A stretch of DNA of 64,000 nucleotides. Origin: Candidatus Thalassarchaeaceae archaeon (GTDB lineage Archaea; Thermoplasmatota; Poseidoniia; Poseidoniales; Thalassarchaeaceae). The notes below the pieces were generated by a model. That model was not told the origin of the DNA. It saw only the letters and a program-made list of their open reading frames with translations, and did not search any database. A program made the position numbers and the translations under genes. Below, in pieces: positions 8,873 to 18,936 of the stretch. Each line of letters starts with the position of its first letter. The stretch's first letter is position 1. The DNA lies in NCBI GenBank assembly GCA_029940695.1, contig JAPYUP010000001.1, positions 75,385 to 139,384 of the forward strand, read 5' to 3'.

Positions 8873-9913
8873 CTAATTCCTCATACTTTCTATGGCCCAC
8901 TCAATTATGTTTGATTTGGGATTGAATTCTCCCAATACGTCCAGCATGAGTCCCGAAATGGCTGCGTGGACCAATGACTGCTCATCTGCTATTGAGGGTT
9001 CATCGTGGTAGTTCCTGCCAGCAGCCAGCATCGCCTCAAGTGGGACTAGGCCCACCAACTCCCCAGCAACTGCATTGAGATCAATTTGGCTGGCTTCCTC
9101 CCTGATTGCATCTGTCACTGTATGCAGGCCAGTTACCTTGTAGTCCAACAGGTTCATCGAGACTTGCGCGGTGTCTTCGTTGTACATCCACCCTGCAGCC
9201 TGCAATGACTGGAACCTACCGGGCTGCCTGAGCGGATTTCCGCTAGGACCAAGCACCTTCTCGCCGTTCTCATCCCTCAATAATGACCCACTGGTCCTTA
9301 TTTTGGCCGCTATTGAGTTGGCCTTGGCCTTTTCAGTGGTGTCAAGATTGACGTTGTATGCTATCAGAATCTGTCGTGCCCCAGTTGCTGTAGCTCCCAT
9401 TTTTGGCTTGAACTCGGCCGGGCCGTAGTCAGGAGTCCAATCCATTGAGGATATTTTCGACGCTAGGCCTTCGTACCCGCCCCGCCTTATGTCGGGAAGC
9501 CTAACCCTCTGTTCGTTTCTAGCAGCCTCAGCATAGAGGTAAACAGGCAAGTCTAACCGGTCAGAAACAGCCTCTGCATAACGTTCCGCTAGTTCTACGC
9601 ACTCCGCCATTGTGGTTCTCTGGATTGGAATGAACGGAACGACATCGACAGCACCCATACGTGCGTGCTCGCCATGGTGCTCGCTCATGTCAATGAGATT
9701 GAGTGCGACTTCAGTGGATATAATGGCAGCGTCGAGAACAGATTCCGGATAACCAACCATTGTCATGACAGTTCTATTGAAGTCGTAACCCATATCGACA
9801 TCAAGCAACGTCACCCCTTCCACGCCACGTATAGCCTCGGAGATCTCCTCGATAACCGAACTGTTTCGTCCCTCGCTGAAGTTCGGGACGCACTCGATCA
9901 AAGCGGACGACAT
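8873..9913 (-). CDS. Glutamate formimidoyltransferase (stand-alone FTCD N-domain homolog). Proposed to convert formiminoglutamate to glutamate plus 5-formimino-THF.
   Basis: ECVPNFSEGR N-terminal signature of formiminotransferase. 346 aa. Immediately upstream of the cyclodeaminase gene. Confidence 0.8.
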   Translation of the reverse strand: MSSALIECVPNFSEGRNSSVIEEISEAIRGVEGVTLLDVDMGYDFNRTVMTMVGYPESVLDAAIISTEVALNLIDMSEHHGEHARMGAVDVVPFIPIQRTTMAECVELAERYAEAVSDRLDLPVYLYAEAARNEQRVRLPDIRRGGYEGLASKISSMDWTPDYGPAEFKPKMGATATGARQILIAYNVNLDTTEKAKANSIAAKIRTSGSLLRDENGEKVLGPSGNPLRQPGRFQSLQAAGWMYNEDTAQVSMNLLDYKVTGLHTVTDAIREEASQIDLNAVAGELVGLVPLEAMLAAGRNYHDEPSIADEQSLVHAAISGLMLDVLGEFNPKSNIIEWAIESMRN

Positions 9914-9950
9914 GCTTCCTGCACAGGATGGGGCATGATGAGGATTCTGC

Positions 9951-11195
9951 TTACCCGTAGAGGCCGTCAGGACCCATAGAGGAACCCTGACGGCGCTTCC
10001 TTGCGATTTTATTGATTGCAGCTACTAAGTCAGATTTAGTGACCGAATCCCTTCCGTCGGAAATTGCTGAGATGCCTGCTTCGATAGTGGTGGATTTGAT
10101 TTCAGCGCCGCTGAAACCATCTGCCATTATTGCGAGCTTGCGCAAATCAACGTCCTCAAAAAGCGGCATGGATCTTGAGTGAACTTGGAATATGGTATTG
10201 CGGGCATTGATATCGGGCATGGGGATTTCGATAATCCTGTCGAATCTGCCCGGTCTTAGAAGAGCTACGTCTAGTAGTTCAGGGCGGTTGGTAGCGGCTA
10301 TCACCTTGACGTTGTTCAACGATTCAAAACCATCCATCTCGGAGAGCAATTGCATGAGTGTCCTCTGTACTTCTCGGTCTCCTGAAGTGGCTGTGTCTAG
10401 GCGTCTCGATCCAATGGAGTCGAGCTCGTCGATGAATATGATAGAGGGTGCCTTCTCGCGCGCGAGGTCGAAGAGCTCCCTGACCATCCTGCCTCCTTCC
10501 CCTATGTACTTCTGAGCCAACTCAGCGCCGACCAAACCTAGGAAGGTGGCCTTGGTAGCGTTCGCCACGGCCTTTGCCAGCATGGTTTTTCCAGTGCCTG
10601 GGGGGCCAGTTAGCAAGACTCCTTTGGGGGGGTCGATACCGAACTCCTCGAAGGCCCCCGGATTCTCAAATGGAAGTTCTATTGCCTCGCGTAGCTCTTG
10701 TATCTGTGCGTCCAACCCACCGATTGAGCTGTATTCCACAGATGTGCTGTCGATAACCTCAGTGCCACTGACCAAGGGATCCCATGAATCTGATAAAATA
10801 TCGATTACAGAGAGAGTGTCTTGATTCAGCGCCACCCTAGTTCCCGGTTTGAGGTCTTTGAATTCCAGCCTCTTGTTTACCGAGACTAGGAATACCGTGC
10901 CGTTAGAGCTCCTGACTACGGCTTGGTCGTCAATCAGGTCTTGGACGTAACCGATGACGAGTGGGGGTGACTTGATATTTCGTAGTTCCTCGTCTAGTCT
11001 GTTGGCGCGCCTTTTCAATTGAGCATACTCATTCTCCAAGAACAGTTTCTCTGTGAGAAGCTGCTGGGCCTTCTTCGACAGTTCATCGAAATTCCCCCTT
11101 AAACGAGAAAGAGAAGCATCTTGGTCGGAGACAACCGATTTGAAAGATTCCGATTTTCTGGTTGCGTCCTCTGCCTCGCTTGCCATGAGCAGCAC
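9951..11195 (-). CDS. pan: Proteasome-activating nucleotidase PAN (AAA+ ATPase)
   Basis: N-terminal coiled coil and OB region. Walker A GPPGTGKT. AAA second region of homology. C-terminal HbYX-like ...GLYG end. Confidence 0.85.
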   Translation of the reverse strand: MLLMASEAEDATRKSESFKSVVSDQDASLSRLRGNFDELSKKAQQLLTEKLFLENEYAQLKRRANRLDEELRNIKSPPLVIGYVQDLIDDQAVVRSSNGTVFLVSVNKRLEFKDLKPGTRVALNQDTLSVIDILSDSWDPLVSGTEVIDSTSVEYSSIGGLDAQIQELREAIELPFENPGAFEEFGIDPPKGVLLTGPPGTGKTMLAKAVANATKATFLGLVGAELAQKYIGEGGRMVRELFDLAREKAPSIIFIDELDSIGSRRLDTATSGDREVQRTLMQLLSEMDGFESLNNVKVIAATNRPELLDVALLRPGRFDRIIEIPMPDINARNTIFQVHSRSMPLFEDVDLRKLAIMADGFSGAEIKSTTIEAGISAISDGRDSVTKSDLVAAINKIARKRRQGSSMGPDGLYG

Positions 11196-11256
11196 TCCGA
11201 ACCGGCACTTATGACATCTGCGAAGGAATCATGTTCACCTCCAGTGTGGGGACACC

Positions 11257-11823
11257 ATGGGGACATGCGAACTCTGTGGCTTCGAAGGAGTATCCACACG
11301 GAGAGCCTCAGTTTCACAGACTACCCTAGAATGCTGCAATAAGTGCATAGATTCCATGGGACTGTCTGTGGAGCGTCAGATTCTAACAGTAATGCCATCA
11401 AACTCGCCTTCCAACCAAGTTACTGGTAGGGGGCTGGCAGGCGTGGACATCATGACCAAGGACTCAAAGGAACTAGCCGACGACTTCCATACTAAAATCA
11501 GAGCCGCACGGGAAGCAAGGGGCTGGTCACAGAGTGACCTTGCCCGCAGAATCAACGAAAGGGCAAACGCAGTCCAGAAGGCGGAAAATGGAATTATGCC
11601 GACCGACTCGGTGATTCGCAAAATTGGTAAAATATTGAATCTGAAATTATTCATAGACTCGATGCCCAAGAACACTAGGATGACGACGTCAGATGAATCG
11701 AGAGAGATGACAATCTCGGACGCCAAAGACATTCCGCAGGAGGGAGAACGAAGCAGGAAAGGCAAGAAGAAGGGCAGGAAACTTGGCGTCTCGAGGTCGG
11801 GTGCCCGATCTAGGAGACAGTGA
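11257..11823 (+). CDS. mbf1: Archaeal MBF1-like transcription factor: N-terminal Zn ribbon, C-terminal HTH-XRE, and a basic tail
   Basis: The N-terminus carries CxxC...CxxC (CELCG...CNKC). The HTH is REARGWSQSDLARRINERANAVQKAENG. Confidence 0.6.
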   Translation: MGTCELCGFEGVSTRRASVSQTTLECCNKCIDSMGLSVERQILTVMPSNSPSNQVTGRGLAGVDIMTKDSKELADDFHTKIRAAREARGWSQSDLARRINERANAVQKAENGIMPTDSVIRKIGKILNLKLFIDSMPKNTRMTTSDESREMTISDAKDIPQEGERSRKGKKKGRKLGVSRSGARSRRQ

Positions 11824-11826
11824 TAC

Positions 11827-12372
11827 GTGAGCGAAGTTCCCCTCCATGTGATTCACCTCGATCAAGACGACCCTAGAAAGTGCACTGCTCGGAGACTCGG
11901 GTCGCATGGCCTAGCATTATTACATTACGATGTTCGCAAAGCCCCTAGGAGGGGTTTTTTGTTGGACCCCAATGCAACAGTGATCCTAGGCCCTGAAGAC
12001 AAGGGGATGATAGAATTGGGTGGGGCCTTGGTTGCTTTGGACTGCTCATGGAAGAAGATTGAGGAGTCACTAGTAAGTGTAGAACTGCAGACGATGTTGG
12101 AATCACGAACCCTACCCATACTACTAGCGTCAAATCCCGTGTCTTGGGGCAAGCCAGGCCGCCTTTCCACCGCCGAGGCCCTAGCAGCGTCTCTGTATTT
12201 GATTGGGTACAAGGAGCAAGCCTTTCGTTTGTTGAGTCCATTTCCATTCGGCGACCAGTTTATGGAACTGAACAAAGAGCCTCTGAACGCATACATCGAA
12301 GCGCGAAGTCGCAAAGAACTGACTGAGCTTCAGTGGGAGTTCTTCGATTCGGGTCGTTCAGCGGACTACTGA
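11827..12372 (+). CDS. tsr3: Tsr3 (DUF367), 16S rRNA aminocarboxypropyltransferase
   Basis: The DDPRKCTARRL motif matches the Tsr3 D-x-K-K-C-T-A signature. 181 aa. Located 4 bp after mbf1. Confidence 0.65.
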   Translation: MSEVPLHVIHLDQDDPRKCTARRLGSHGLALLHYDVRKAPRRGFLLDPNATVILGPEDKGMIELGGALVALDCSWKKIEESLVSVELQTMLESRTLPILLASNPVSWGKPGRLSTAEALAASLYLIGYKEQAFRLLSPFPFGDQFMELNKEPLNAYIEARSRKELTELQWEFFDSGRSADY

Positions 12373-14568
12373 ACCAGACCTAATGTCACCATCTAAGGTG
12401 AGCACTCGCACGTTACCCTCACCATCATCGGCTGCAAGCAGCATTCCCTCAGAGAGAACTCCGCGGAGTTTGCGGGGCTCAAGGTTGGCTACGAAAACCA
12501 CGTTGAGTCCTTTGAGATCGGATGGTTCGTACATTTCCTTGAGGCCAGCACAAAGTGTCCTTGACGAGCCAGGTTCGTCTTCTATAGTAATGACGTATAA
12601 CTTATCAGCATCAGGATGATCCTCGACTGAGATGATCTTCCCCGTCCTCATTTGGACCTTCATGAAATCATCGAACTGAATGTAATCCCCCCCAGTCTTC
12701 GGAGGGGTCTCATCATCATTGTCCTTCCTGTCACCGTCCAAAGATGATTCCCTAGCTAGAATATCGTCAAGGTCTAGCCTTGAGAACAATGGGTTGGGTG
12801 CTGCAGAGTTCCAGGAGAGTGGGGAGGCTGAATCTAAGGCAGCTTCCCAAAGAACATCATCGATATCAGAAGGCTCACCAATCATCTCCCAAAGCCTATC
12901 AGAAGAAAAGGGTATGAATGGTCGTAGTGCCACAGCAAGGCATCTACAGAGCCTCCAAGACATAGCCAAACAAGAAAGTGACTTCGACCTTTCCTCCGAA
13001 TTCTCTGCGTCGATGAACTTCCACGGAGCTGCTTCTTGGAGCAACGCATTACCTAGTTGTGAGATTCCCATGATGGTTCTCAGGGCCTCTTTGAAGCGTT
13101 GCCTCTCCATCGATTCGATAGCATTGGACATCATTGACTCGACATTGTCAATCAGACTGCTGTGGTCCGCGATATCATCAAATCCGTCTAAGGGGTTGGA
13201 GCCAGCTGTGGGCAATCTGTGGGTCAGGGTCATCACTCTGTGGACGAAATTGCCATAGGTGCCAATCAACTCGTTGTTGACTCGGTCTACGAACTCCCCC
13301 CAACGGAAGTCAGTGTCATGAGTCTCTGGCATGTTGATGGAAAGATAGTACCGTAGAGAATCGGGGTCATACTGCTCGAGGAACGAAGGGAGCCAGATGG
13401 CATGACGTCGACTTTTGCTTAGTTGCCCCCCTTGGAGCATCAGGAACTCGTTGGCAGACACATTGTCCTCGAGAATCAAGTTACCAGGAGATGGCTCATG
13501 AGTGATGTCAAGCTCATTTTCGGAGGCATTCAGTCCCATCAGTATAGCTGGCCAGATGATAGTATGGAATGGTATGTTGTCCTTGCCCATGAAGTATATG
13601 TGGCGAGGTGGCTGGCCTTCCTCGGGGACCTTCCACCACCTCTCCCAAGCAGATGCTCCGTCTGGATGGCCTTCCTCTGCTGCATAACGTTGAGCCCAAA
13701 TCCTAGCACACGTGTAGTAACCTTGCACTGCCTCGAACCAAACATAGACCCTCTTTGAGTTCCACTCCTCGCCTTCAAGTGGCAGAGTGATGCCCCAATC
13801 GATGTCTCTAGTCACCGCTCGGGGGCGCAATCCCATTTCTAGCCAGTTCTTCGTCATAGCCCTGACGTTTGGCTTCCAAACACTTTGCCTTTCAGAGGCA
13901 TGGGCTTCTAGCGATGCTTGGAATTCATCCAAGAGCAAGAAGTAGTGGTCGGTGTCTCTGACCTCGATTTTGGCATCAGGATTCAACTTTGATATTGGGT
14001 TGATGAGTTCGTGGGCTTCGTAGGTAGCTCCGCAGGAATCACACTGATCCCCTCGAGCGCCTTCATCCCCGCACACCGGACAATCCCCCTCGACATATCG
14101 GTCAGGGAGAAACCTGAGAGTTCCTCCCGATCCGACTGAGCAATATTGCTGCATCGTCTTGCGTTCTAGGAAATTGGCCTCAAGCAGCTTGCTGAAAACC
14201 TCCTTCACGATGTCCTTGTGCATCTGGTCAGAAGTTCTGTTGTAGAGTGCTCCGCCGAATTCGATTCCCCTTGGATCCACGGGATTGACCCATGAGCACC
14301 CTAAATCAGCCAATGCCTTGGAGTTGATTGAGTGGTAGGTATCCACTACCTCCTGTGGGTGAATCCCCAGCTCCTCAGCAGTGATGGTGATTGGAGTTCC
14401 GTGCTCATCCGATCCGCTGCACATCAGGACCTTGCGTCCGCGAGCTCTCTCGTATCGGTACTGAATGTCTGCGGGGAGACAGTTGCCAGCGACATGGCCC
14501 AGGTGGAGTGGGCCGTTTGCATAGGGCCATGCCATGAAAATTGATACGTAACTCATCCCGACGACCAC
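12358..14568 (-). CDS. metG: Methionyl-tRNA synthetase with a C-terminal EMAP/tRNA-binding domain
   Basis: HIGH-type motif PYANGPLHLGH, a KMSKS-type QLSKS motif, Zn knuckles CPVCGD...CDSCG, and a C-terminal tRNA-binding OB domain. Confidence 0.9.
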   Translation of the reverse strand: MVVGMSYVSIFMAWPYANGPLHLGHVAGNCLPADIQYRYERARGRKVLMCSGSDEHGTPITITAEELGIHPQEVVDTYHSINSKALADLGCSWVNPVDPRGIEFGGALYNRTSDQMHKDIVKEVFSKLLEANFLERKTMQQYCSVGSGGTLRFLPDRYVEGDCPVCGDEGARGDQCDSCGATYEAHELINPISKLNPDAKIEVRDTDHYFLLLDEFQASLEAHASERQSVWKPNVRAMTKNWLEMGLRPRAVTRDIDWGITLPLEGEEWNSKRVYVWFEAVQGYYTCARIWAQRYAAEEGHPDGASAWERWWKVPEEGQPPRHIYFMGKDNIPFHTIIWPAILMGLNASENELDITHEPSPGNLILEDNVSANEFLMLQGGQLSKSRRHAIWLPSFLEQYDPDSLRYYLSINMPETHDTDFRWGEFVDRVNNELIGTYGNFVHRVMTLTHRLPTAGSNPLDGFDDIADHSSLIDNVESMMSNAIESMERQRFKEALRTIMGISQLGNALLQEAAPWKFIDAENSEERSKSLSCLAMSWRLCRCLAVALRPFIPFSSDRLWEMIGEPSDIDDVLWEAALDSASPLSWNSAAPNPLFSRLDLDDILARESSLDGDRKDNDDETPPKTGGDYIQFDDFMKVQMRTGKIISVEDHPDADKLYVITIEDEPGSSRTLCAGLKEMYEPSDLKGLNVVFVANLEPRKLRGVLSEGMLLAADDGEGNVRVLTLDGDIRSGSVVR

Positions 14569-14690
14569 AATCTACCCCGTCAAGTTAGATATTTATGTCA
14601 TGTTCGCCCGGGGGTACATGGAGTTAAGCACAGTGAATAGCCGTACGGGTACTTTCACGACACCCCATCGGACTCCGAGAGGCATCAGAA

Positions 14691-15749
14691 TTGATTGATT
14701 ACACGTTGATCGTTGCATACGCCGTACTGGCGCTGAGCGCTTCGTTTCTCTGCAGCATTCTAGAGGCTGTTCTGCTATCGGCGTCGTACGGACATATAGC
14801 TGCTCTCAGAGACACCCATAGTAAGATCAGCCGGACTTGGACTACTTGGAAAGAAGACCCGGAACGTCCTCTCACCGCCATTCTCACACTCAACACCGCT
14901 GCTCACACAATCGGGGCACTCGGAGTTGGTGCAGAGGTCGAGAACCAGTTTGGTGGTGGGCATTCCATATTCCTCGCTTCAGCTATACTCACGTTAGCCA
15001 TTCTGCTGCTCAGCGAGATTCTGCCCAAGACTATCGGAGCACTCTACTGGCGCAGACTAACGATTCCCTCTTACCACATCCTTAGGGTAATGATGGTAAT
15101 TCTATGGGTCATCGTAAAACCAATCGAGTTGATTCGCTCCTTGTTGCCTCGCGTACAAACGGCAACTGTAACGCGTAATGAGCTCTCAGTACTTGCCGAT
15201 ATCGCGGAGGAATCGGATGTAATCGAGGAAGATGAGGAAACAGTCATTCAGAATCTTCTGAAGCTCAGGGAGATGAAGGTTAGTGCCATAATGACTCCCA
15301 GGGTAGTCATGACTACGGTCACTTCTACCGAGACCGTCGGTGAGGTGTTGAAGAGGATCCCCATTATGATTCACGGGAGGATGCCCGTTACTGGCAATAA
15401 CGTTGACGAAGTGAAGGGGTTCGTCCTAAGGAGTGAGATTCTTAGGAGGGCCGCAGGCGATGACTTCACTAAGACTATGATCGAAATCTCTAGGTTTGCA
15501 CGATCCTGTAGTACAGAGGACTCGGTGGACAGGGCACTAGACATTTTACTAGAGAACAAGGAACAGATATTGGTAGCCAAGGACGAGTTTGGAGGCACTG
15601 CGGGACTAATCACTATAGAGGACATTATCGAGACGCTGCTTGGCGTCGAGATAGTGGATGAGTCCGACCAAGATGCAATCGATGAGGGAGTCCTTCATGA
15701 GGACATGAGGGAACTAGCCAAAATTCGCTACGACTATGTGGACGAGTGA
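14691..15749 (+). CDS. CNNM/CorC-family transporter (DUF21 transmembrane domain plus a CBS pair)
   Basis: N-terminal four-TM DUF21-like segment followed by tandem CBS-like regions. 352 aa. Confidence 0.7.
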   Translation: MIDYTLIVAYAVLALSASFLCSILEAVLLSASYGHIAALRDTHSKISRTWTTWKEDPERPLTAILTLNTAAHTIGALGVGAEVENQFGGGHSIFLASAILTLAILLLSEILPKTIGALYWRRLTIPSYHILRVMMVILWVIVKPIELIRSLLPRVQTATVTRNELSVLADIAEESDVIEEDEETVIQNLLKLREMKVSAIMTPRVVMTTVTSTETVGEVLKRIPIMIHGRMPVTGNNVDEVKGFVLRSEILRRAAGDDFTKTMIEISRFARSCSTEDSVDRALDILLENKEQILVAKDEFGGTAGLITIEDIIETLLGVEIVDESDQDAIDEGVLHEDMRELAKIRYDYVDE

Positions 15750-15759
15750 AAAGGACTGT

Positions 15760-16575
15760 CTATTCGGTTCCATCACCAGAGGTGGCGTCACTGACTTCCT
15801 TGTCTTGTAGCCAGCCCCTCTCTGCGGAGTAGTCACCTAACTGCTCCAGCCTTTTCAACCACCCCTTGGCTTCGGCAGTCTTGGTGGTCCTCACCAGCCA
15901 GACCCCGCCAAAGAGCGTGTCCCATAGTCCCATGTTATCCCTCTTGAAGCGGTAGAATAGGTAATCAATCATTGAAGGTAGAAGAAGAGCCAGCCCTATA
16001 CCTAGAAGAACCTGTCCGCTGGTTTCCCCGAGGTCCTGAATAGAAGTGGCGACCATGAGCAAGCCCAACAACACGACTACGAACGTCAGCCCCTTAATCA
16101 ATAGAAAGTAGGGGCTAGGCCGTACACCTTTGGAATTGACATAAGTTGTCCTGCTAATCCAGTTTCCTACAGTTCTGCCGGTCGACCGGGGCATAAAGCC
16201 CAAGTTGAACACCATCAAGAGCAAGCCGAGGATTATGAAATAGGTGAAATCTGCAAAGGCTCCCCAAGCGTTGATTACAAGAATTGGGATACACCACCCA
16301 AAAGAGACTGCGAAGTCCGAACCTCTGCGTATGAGGCGCTGACCGCTGGTTACCTCTTCGAACCCATCTGGTAGCGTCTTGACCTGCCTAGTTTTCCTCA
16401 CTCGTGGAGTGCGGGCCTTCCTTTCTCGTCTTCGAGATCGCGGCTTCTCCTTAGCGGCCTCTTGCACTGGCTCGGGTACAATGACTGTGGTTGGGGGGGG
16501 CGTGGGGGCGACTGGTAGTGGCTCCTGCATGCCCCCTCCAGATTGTATCTTGTCAGCCTTCTCCAGCAAGCCCAT
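15760..16575 (-). CDS. RDD-family integral membrane protein with a Pro/Lys/Arg-rich N-terminal tail
   Basis: RRGSDFAVSFGW and GRTVGNWISRTTYVNSKG match the conserved R..D and GqtlGk...V.dG blocks of RDD proteins. Three or four TM helices. Confidence 0.45.
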   Translation of the reverse strand: MGLLEKADKIQSGGGMQEPLPVAPTPPPTTVIVPEPVQEAAKEKPRSRRRERKARTPRVRKTRQVKTLPDGFEEVTSGQRLIRRGSDFAVSFGWCIPILVINAWGAFADFTYFIILGLLLMVFNLGFMPRSTGRTVGNWISRTTYVNSKGVRPSPYFLLIKGLTFVVVLLGLLMVATSIQDLGETSGQVLLGIGLALLLPSMIDYLFYRFKRDNMGLWDTLFGGVWLVRTTKTAEAKGWLKRLEQLGDYSAERGWLQDKEVSDATSGDGTE

Positions 16576-16578
16576 CTG

Positions 16579-17565
16579 TTAACCCCCATACCTTTCCGCT
16601 ACTCGTTTGTACAGTTCGAAATCGGGGGATTCTACAAAGTTGTGCATGACGGTATCGGGCAGATCGCCAAGGAGGTCGTTAATCATCCCGAAGAAGCGGA
16701 CGCGGGAATCGTCATCCGTATGCTGTGGATCCCTACCCACCTTCTGAAATAGAGCGAATGATTCTGATTCAATGAAGCTATTCGTGAAATCATCAGGCAT
16801 CTCGCCCAAGAGGCTGTTAATGACGACGAAGAATCGATGGAATTCCTCATCAGCAGATCTGAAGCTCTGAATCGCAACGACGAACTCGTCGAAGTCGAGC
16901 GTTCCAGAGTCATCGAGGTCGGCCTTGTCGAAAAAAGATTTGAGGGAATTGAGGTCCAAATTGTACAGTGTCTCGCTGGATATACCCGTGGCGTCGGAGA
17001 CCCTGACGACGAAATCCTCATCATCCATAGCTTCTAGGAATTCTGAGAAAGACATCTCGTTGCCCTCTTCGGGAACGGAAATCAACTCAACTGTCGGCTT
17101 GATGAAGCGCAAGTCGTGTTGCTCCTTCTTCCTCAGGATGATGATTTCTCGGTCCAGTTCAGAGCCGAATCGGTCAGAGAATCTATCCATCAGGCTGCCC
17201 GACTTGCCCGAAGCAATCCGATCTATTTGCCCGTACATACTGTCTCTAGATCCGGTGCCGATACTCGGGTCGGAAGTCTTCCTATTTTCCCAGACTGACT
17301 TGAAGTCCGAGGCCGAGTCCTGCTGATTGGGCATCGGAAGGTCGCCCAAGGAATTGGCTGCGTCAAGGAGATCCGCATCACCACTCAACTCCCGTGGAAA
17401 TCCAAACTGGGGGGGAGGGGAAGGAAGAGGAAAATCGAGCGGCGGGGGTGGCATCACCAATCCCTGAGGTGGTGGCGGCAATGTAGTATTGTCATCATCG
17501 AAGTCTGATTCAATGCTATCCAGAGCATCAACCATGCCATGCTTCCGAAGTCCTCCACTATTCAA
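16579..17565 (-). CDS. EF-hand-containing repeat protein with a Pro-rich N-terminus
   Basis: Canonical 12-residue EF-hand loop DLDDSGTLDFDE, flanked by the helices LKSFFDKA and FVVAIQSF. Internal ~40-aa duplication (FFVVINSLLGEMPDDFTNSFIESESFALFQKV versus FFGMINDLLGDLPDTVMHNFVESPDFELYKRV). Confidence 0.5.
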   Translation of the reverse strand: MNSGGLRKHGMVDALDSIESDFDDDNTTLPPPPQGLVMPPPPLDFPLPSPPPQFGFPRELSGDADLLDAANSLGDLPMPNQQDSASDFKSVWENRKTSDPSIGTGSRDSMYGQIDRIASGKSGSLMDRFSDRFGSELDREIIILRKKEQHDLRFIKPTVELISVPEEGNEMSFSEFLEAMDDEDFVVRVSDATGISSETLYNLDLNSLKSFFDKADLDDSGTLDFDEFVVAIQSFRSADEEFHRFFVVINSLLGEMPDDFTNSFIESESFALFQKVGRDPQHTDDDSRVRFFGMINDLLGDLPDTVMHNFVESPDFELYKRVAERYGG

Positions 17566-17597
17566 TATTCTGTGGTCGCGGGAACGCCGAGCATCGA

Positions 17598-18809
17598 TTA
17601 TGGCCGCGTTACTTCTGCCCAGCCCTTCAGTGAGAGGAATGTGGCCATGGCCTCGCTCACCTCGAAGAGATCCCCCGCGTTGCCCTCAATCCTCTCCCCG
17701 GCTATTTCTGCAGTGGCATCATCGATGAGTATCCTGACCGACATTCGATTTTGCTGACTGAATACCACGGACTCATTCAAGGGCTCGAACCTGTCGCTTG
17801 TGCTGGGATCCAATCTATACAAAGGAAACTCTGTGACTCTGAGGCCGGATTTTCCATGTAGGCTACCAACCCATCGAATAACTCTCTTAGTGTCAACAGT
17901 GACTGCCTCATCTGTCTCACCAGCACTTCCCATGACTACTGAAGCATCACCTTTGACCAACTCCCAGAATATTGGTGTGCACGTCTCGCCGAAAACCAAC
18001 AGGGCCATATCGTCCCGCAGGCGACTGACTCGTTCCGGTGACTCAGCCAGTTCGGCGAGCTCTAATATCCTAGCCTTGCCGGCAGACCTAACTTGGCTTC
18101 GCGGTAGTCTGGCTCTTTTCTTCAATATCCCATGGAGCCTCTCTAGGGTAATTTTCCAATCTGGTCCCTTCTTTGAGATGACTCTGAGTTGTTCCAACAC
18201 GGAGTTCATCCCTAATCTGGCTCGATTTCCCCAACTCACGTCTGGTCCTGCCAGAGCAGATTGGACGTCGATTCCCTCCCCTCGGATGTAATTCACGATC
18301 TCCCTCCTTGCGTTAGAATCAAGGTGAAGTAGATTCGGATCCCTCACGTGAATGTGAAATCCCCGGTGTCCAGAGAATGTGGTTTGGACGTATTCCTCTC
18401 TGAATCCGAACTCTGGGTGCAGAAATTCCGACCAGAGCCTCCAGGCCTGATGCTGTATGGTATCAATCATTGTGGGAAAATCAGTATCCGACACACCCGG
18501 AAGGTGATCCCCATCGAGATCGAAGATGAGATCGGCCCCCAGCCATCCCTTCTCTGACATCTTCCTGTTCGAAGGGCGCTGGTAGTAGGCTGTGCTATGG
18601 AAGCAAGAGTGGGGTGCGCGATTCTTGAGATAGTAAAGTAACTCGGTTTTGCTTTGGAAGGCTCTGTGCCTATCTGGCGGGGCTCCACCCCAAGGAACGA
18701 ACATCCACTCCCTGGATCTCAGCCTAGGTGGAGTCCAGAGCGAAGCGGAATCGAGCGAACCGTAGTACTCAGAGAAACGCAGCGCGAAGCGGCTCCAACC
18801 ACCTGCCAT
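17598..18809 (-). CDS. priS: DNA primase small (catalytic) subunit PriS
   Basis: Catalytic acidic motif LIFDLDGDH and the invariant SGHRGFHIHV (SGxRGxH) motif of archaeo-eukaryotic primases. 403 aa. Confidence 0.75.
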   Translation of the reverse strand: MAGGWSRFALRFSEYYGSLDSASLWTPPRLRSREWMFVPWGGAPPDRHRAFQSKTELLYYLKNRAPHSCFHSTAYYQRPSNRKMSEKGWLGADLIFDLDGDHLPGVSDTDFPTMIDTIQHQAWRLWSEFLHPEFGFREEYVQTTFSGHRGFHIHVRDPNLLHLDSNARREIVNYIRGEGIDVQSALAGPDVSWGNRARLGMNSVLEQLRVISKKGPDWKITLERLHGILKKRARLPRSQVRSAGKARILELAELAESPERVSRLRDDMALLVFGETCTPIFWELVKGDASVVMGSAGETDEAVTVDTKRVIRWVGSLHGKSGLRVTEFPLYRLDPSTSDRFEPLNESVVFSQQNRMSVRILIDDATAEIAGERIEGNAGDLFEVSEAMATFLSLKGWAEVTRP

Positions 18810-18936
18810 GGATTAGCAAGAGTCGGGTGGGACATAAGTTTTCAATCAGCCCAGTTGGAGTCCCGTGACTGGTTTTCCCTCGGTCGCTGGTGCTGCTCCC
18901 GTAGCCTCAACATAGGCCTCCCAGCAAACGTACTCG

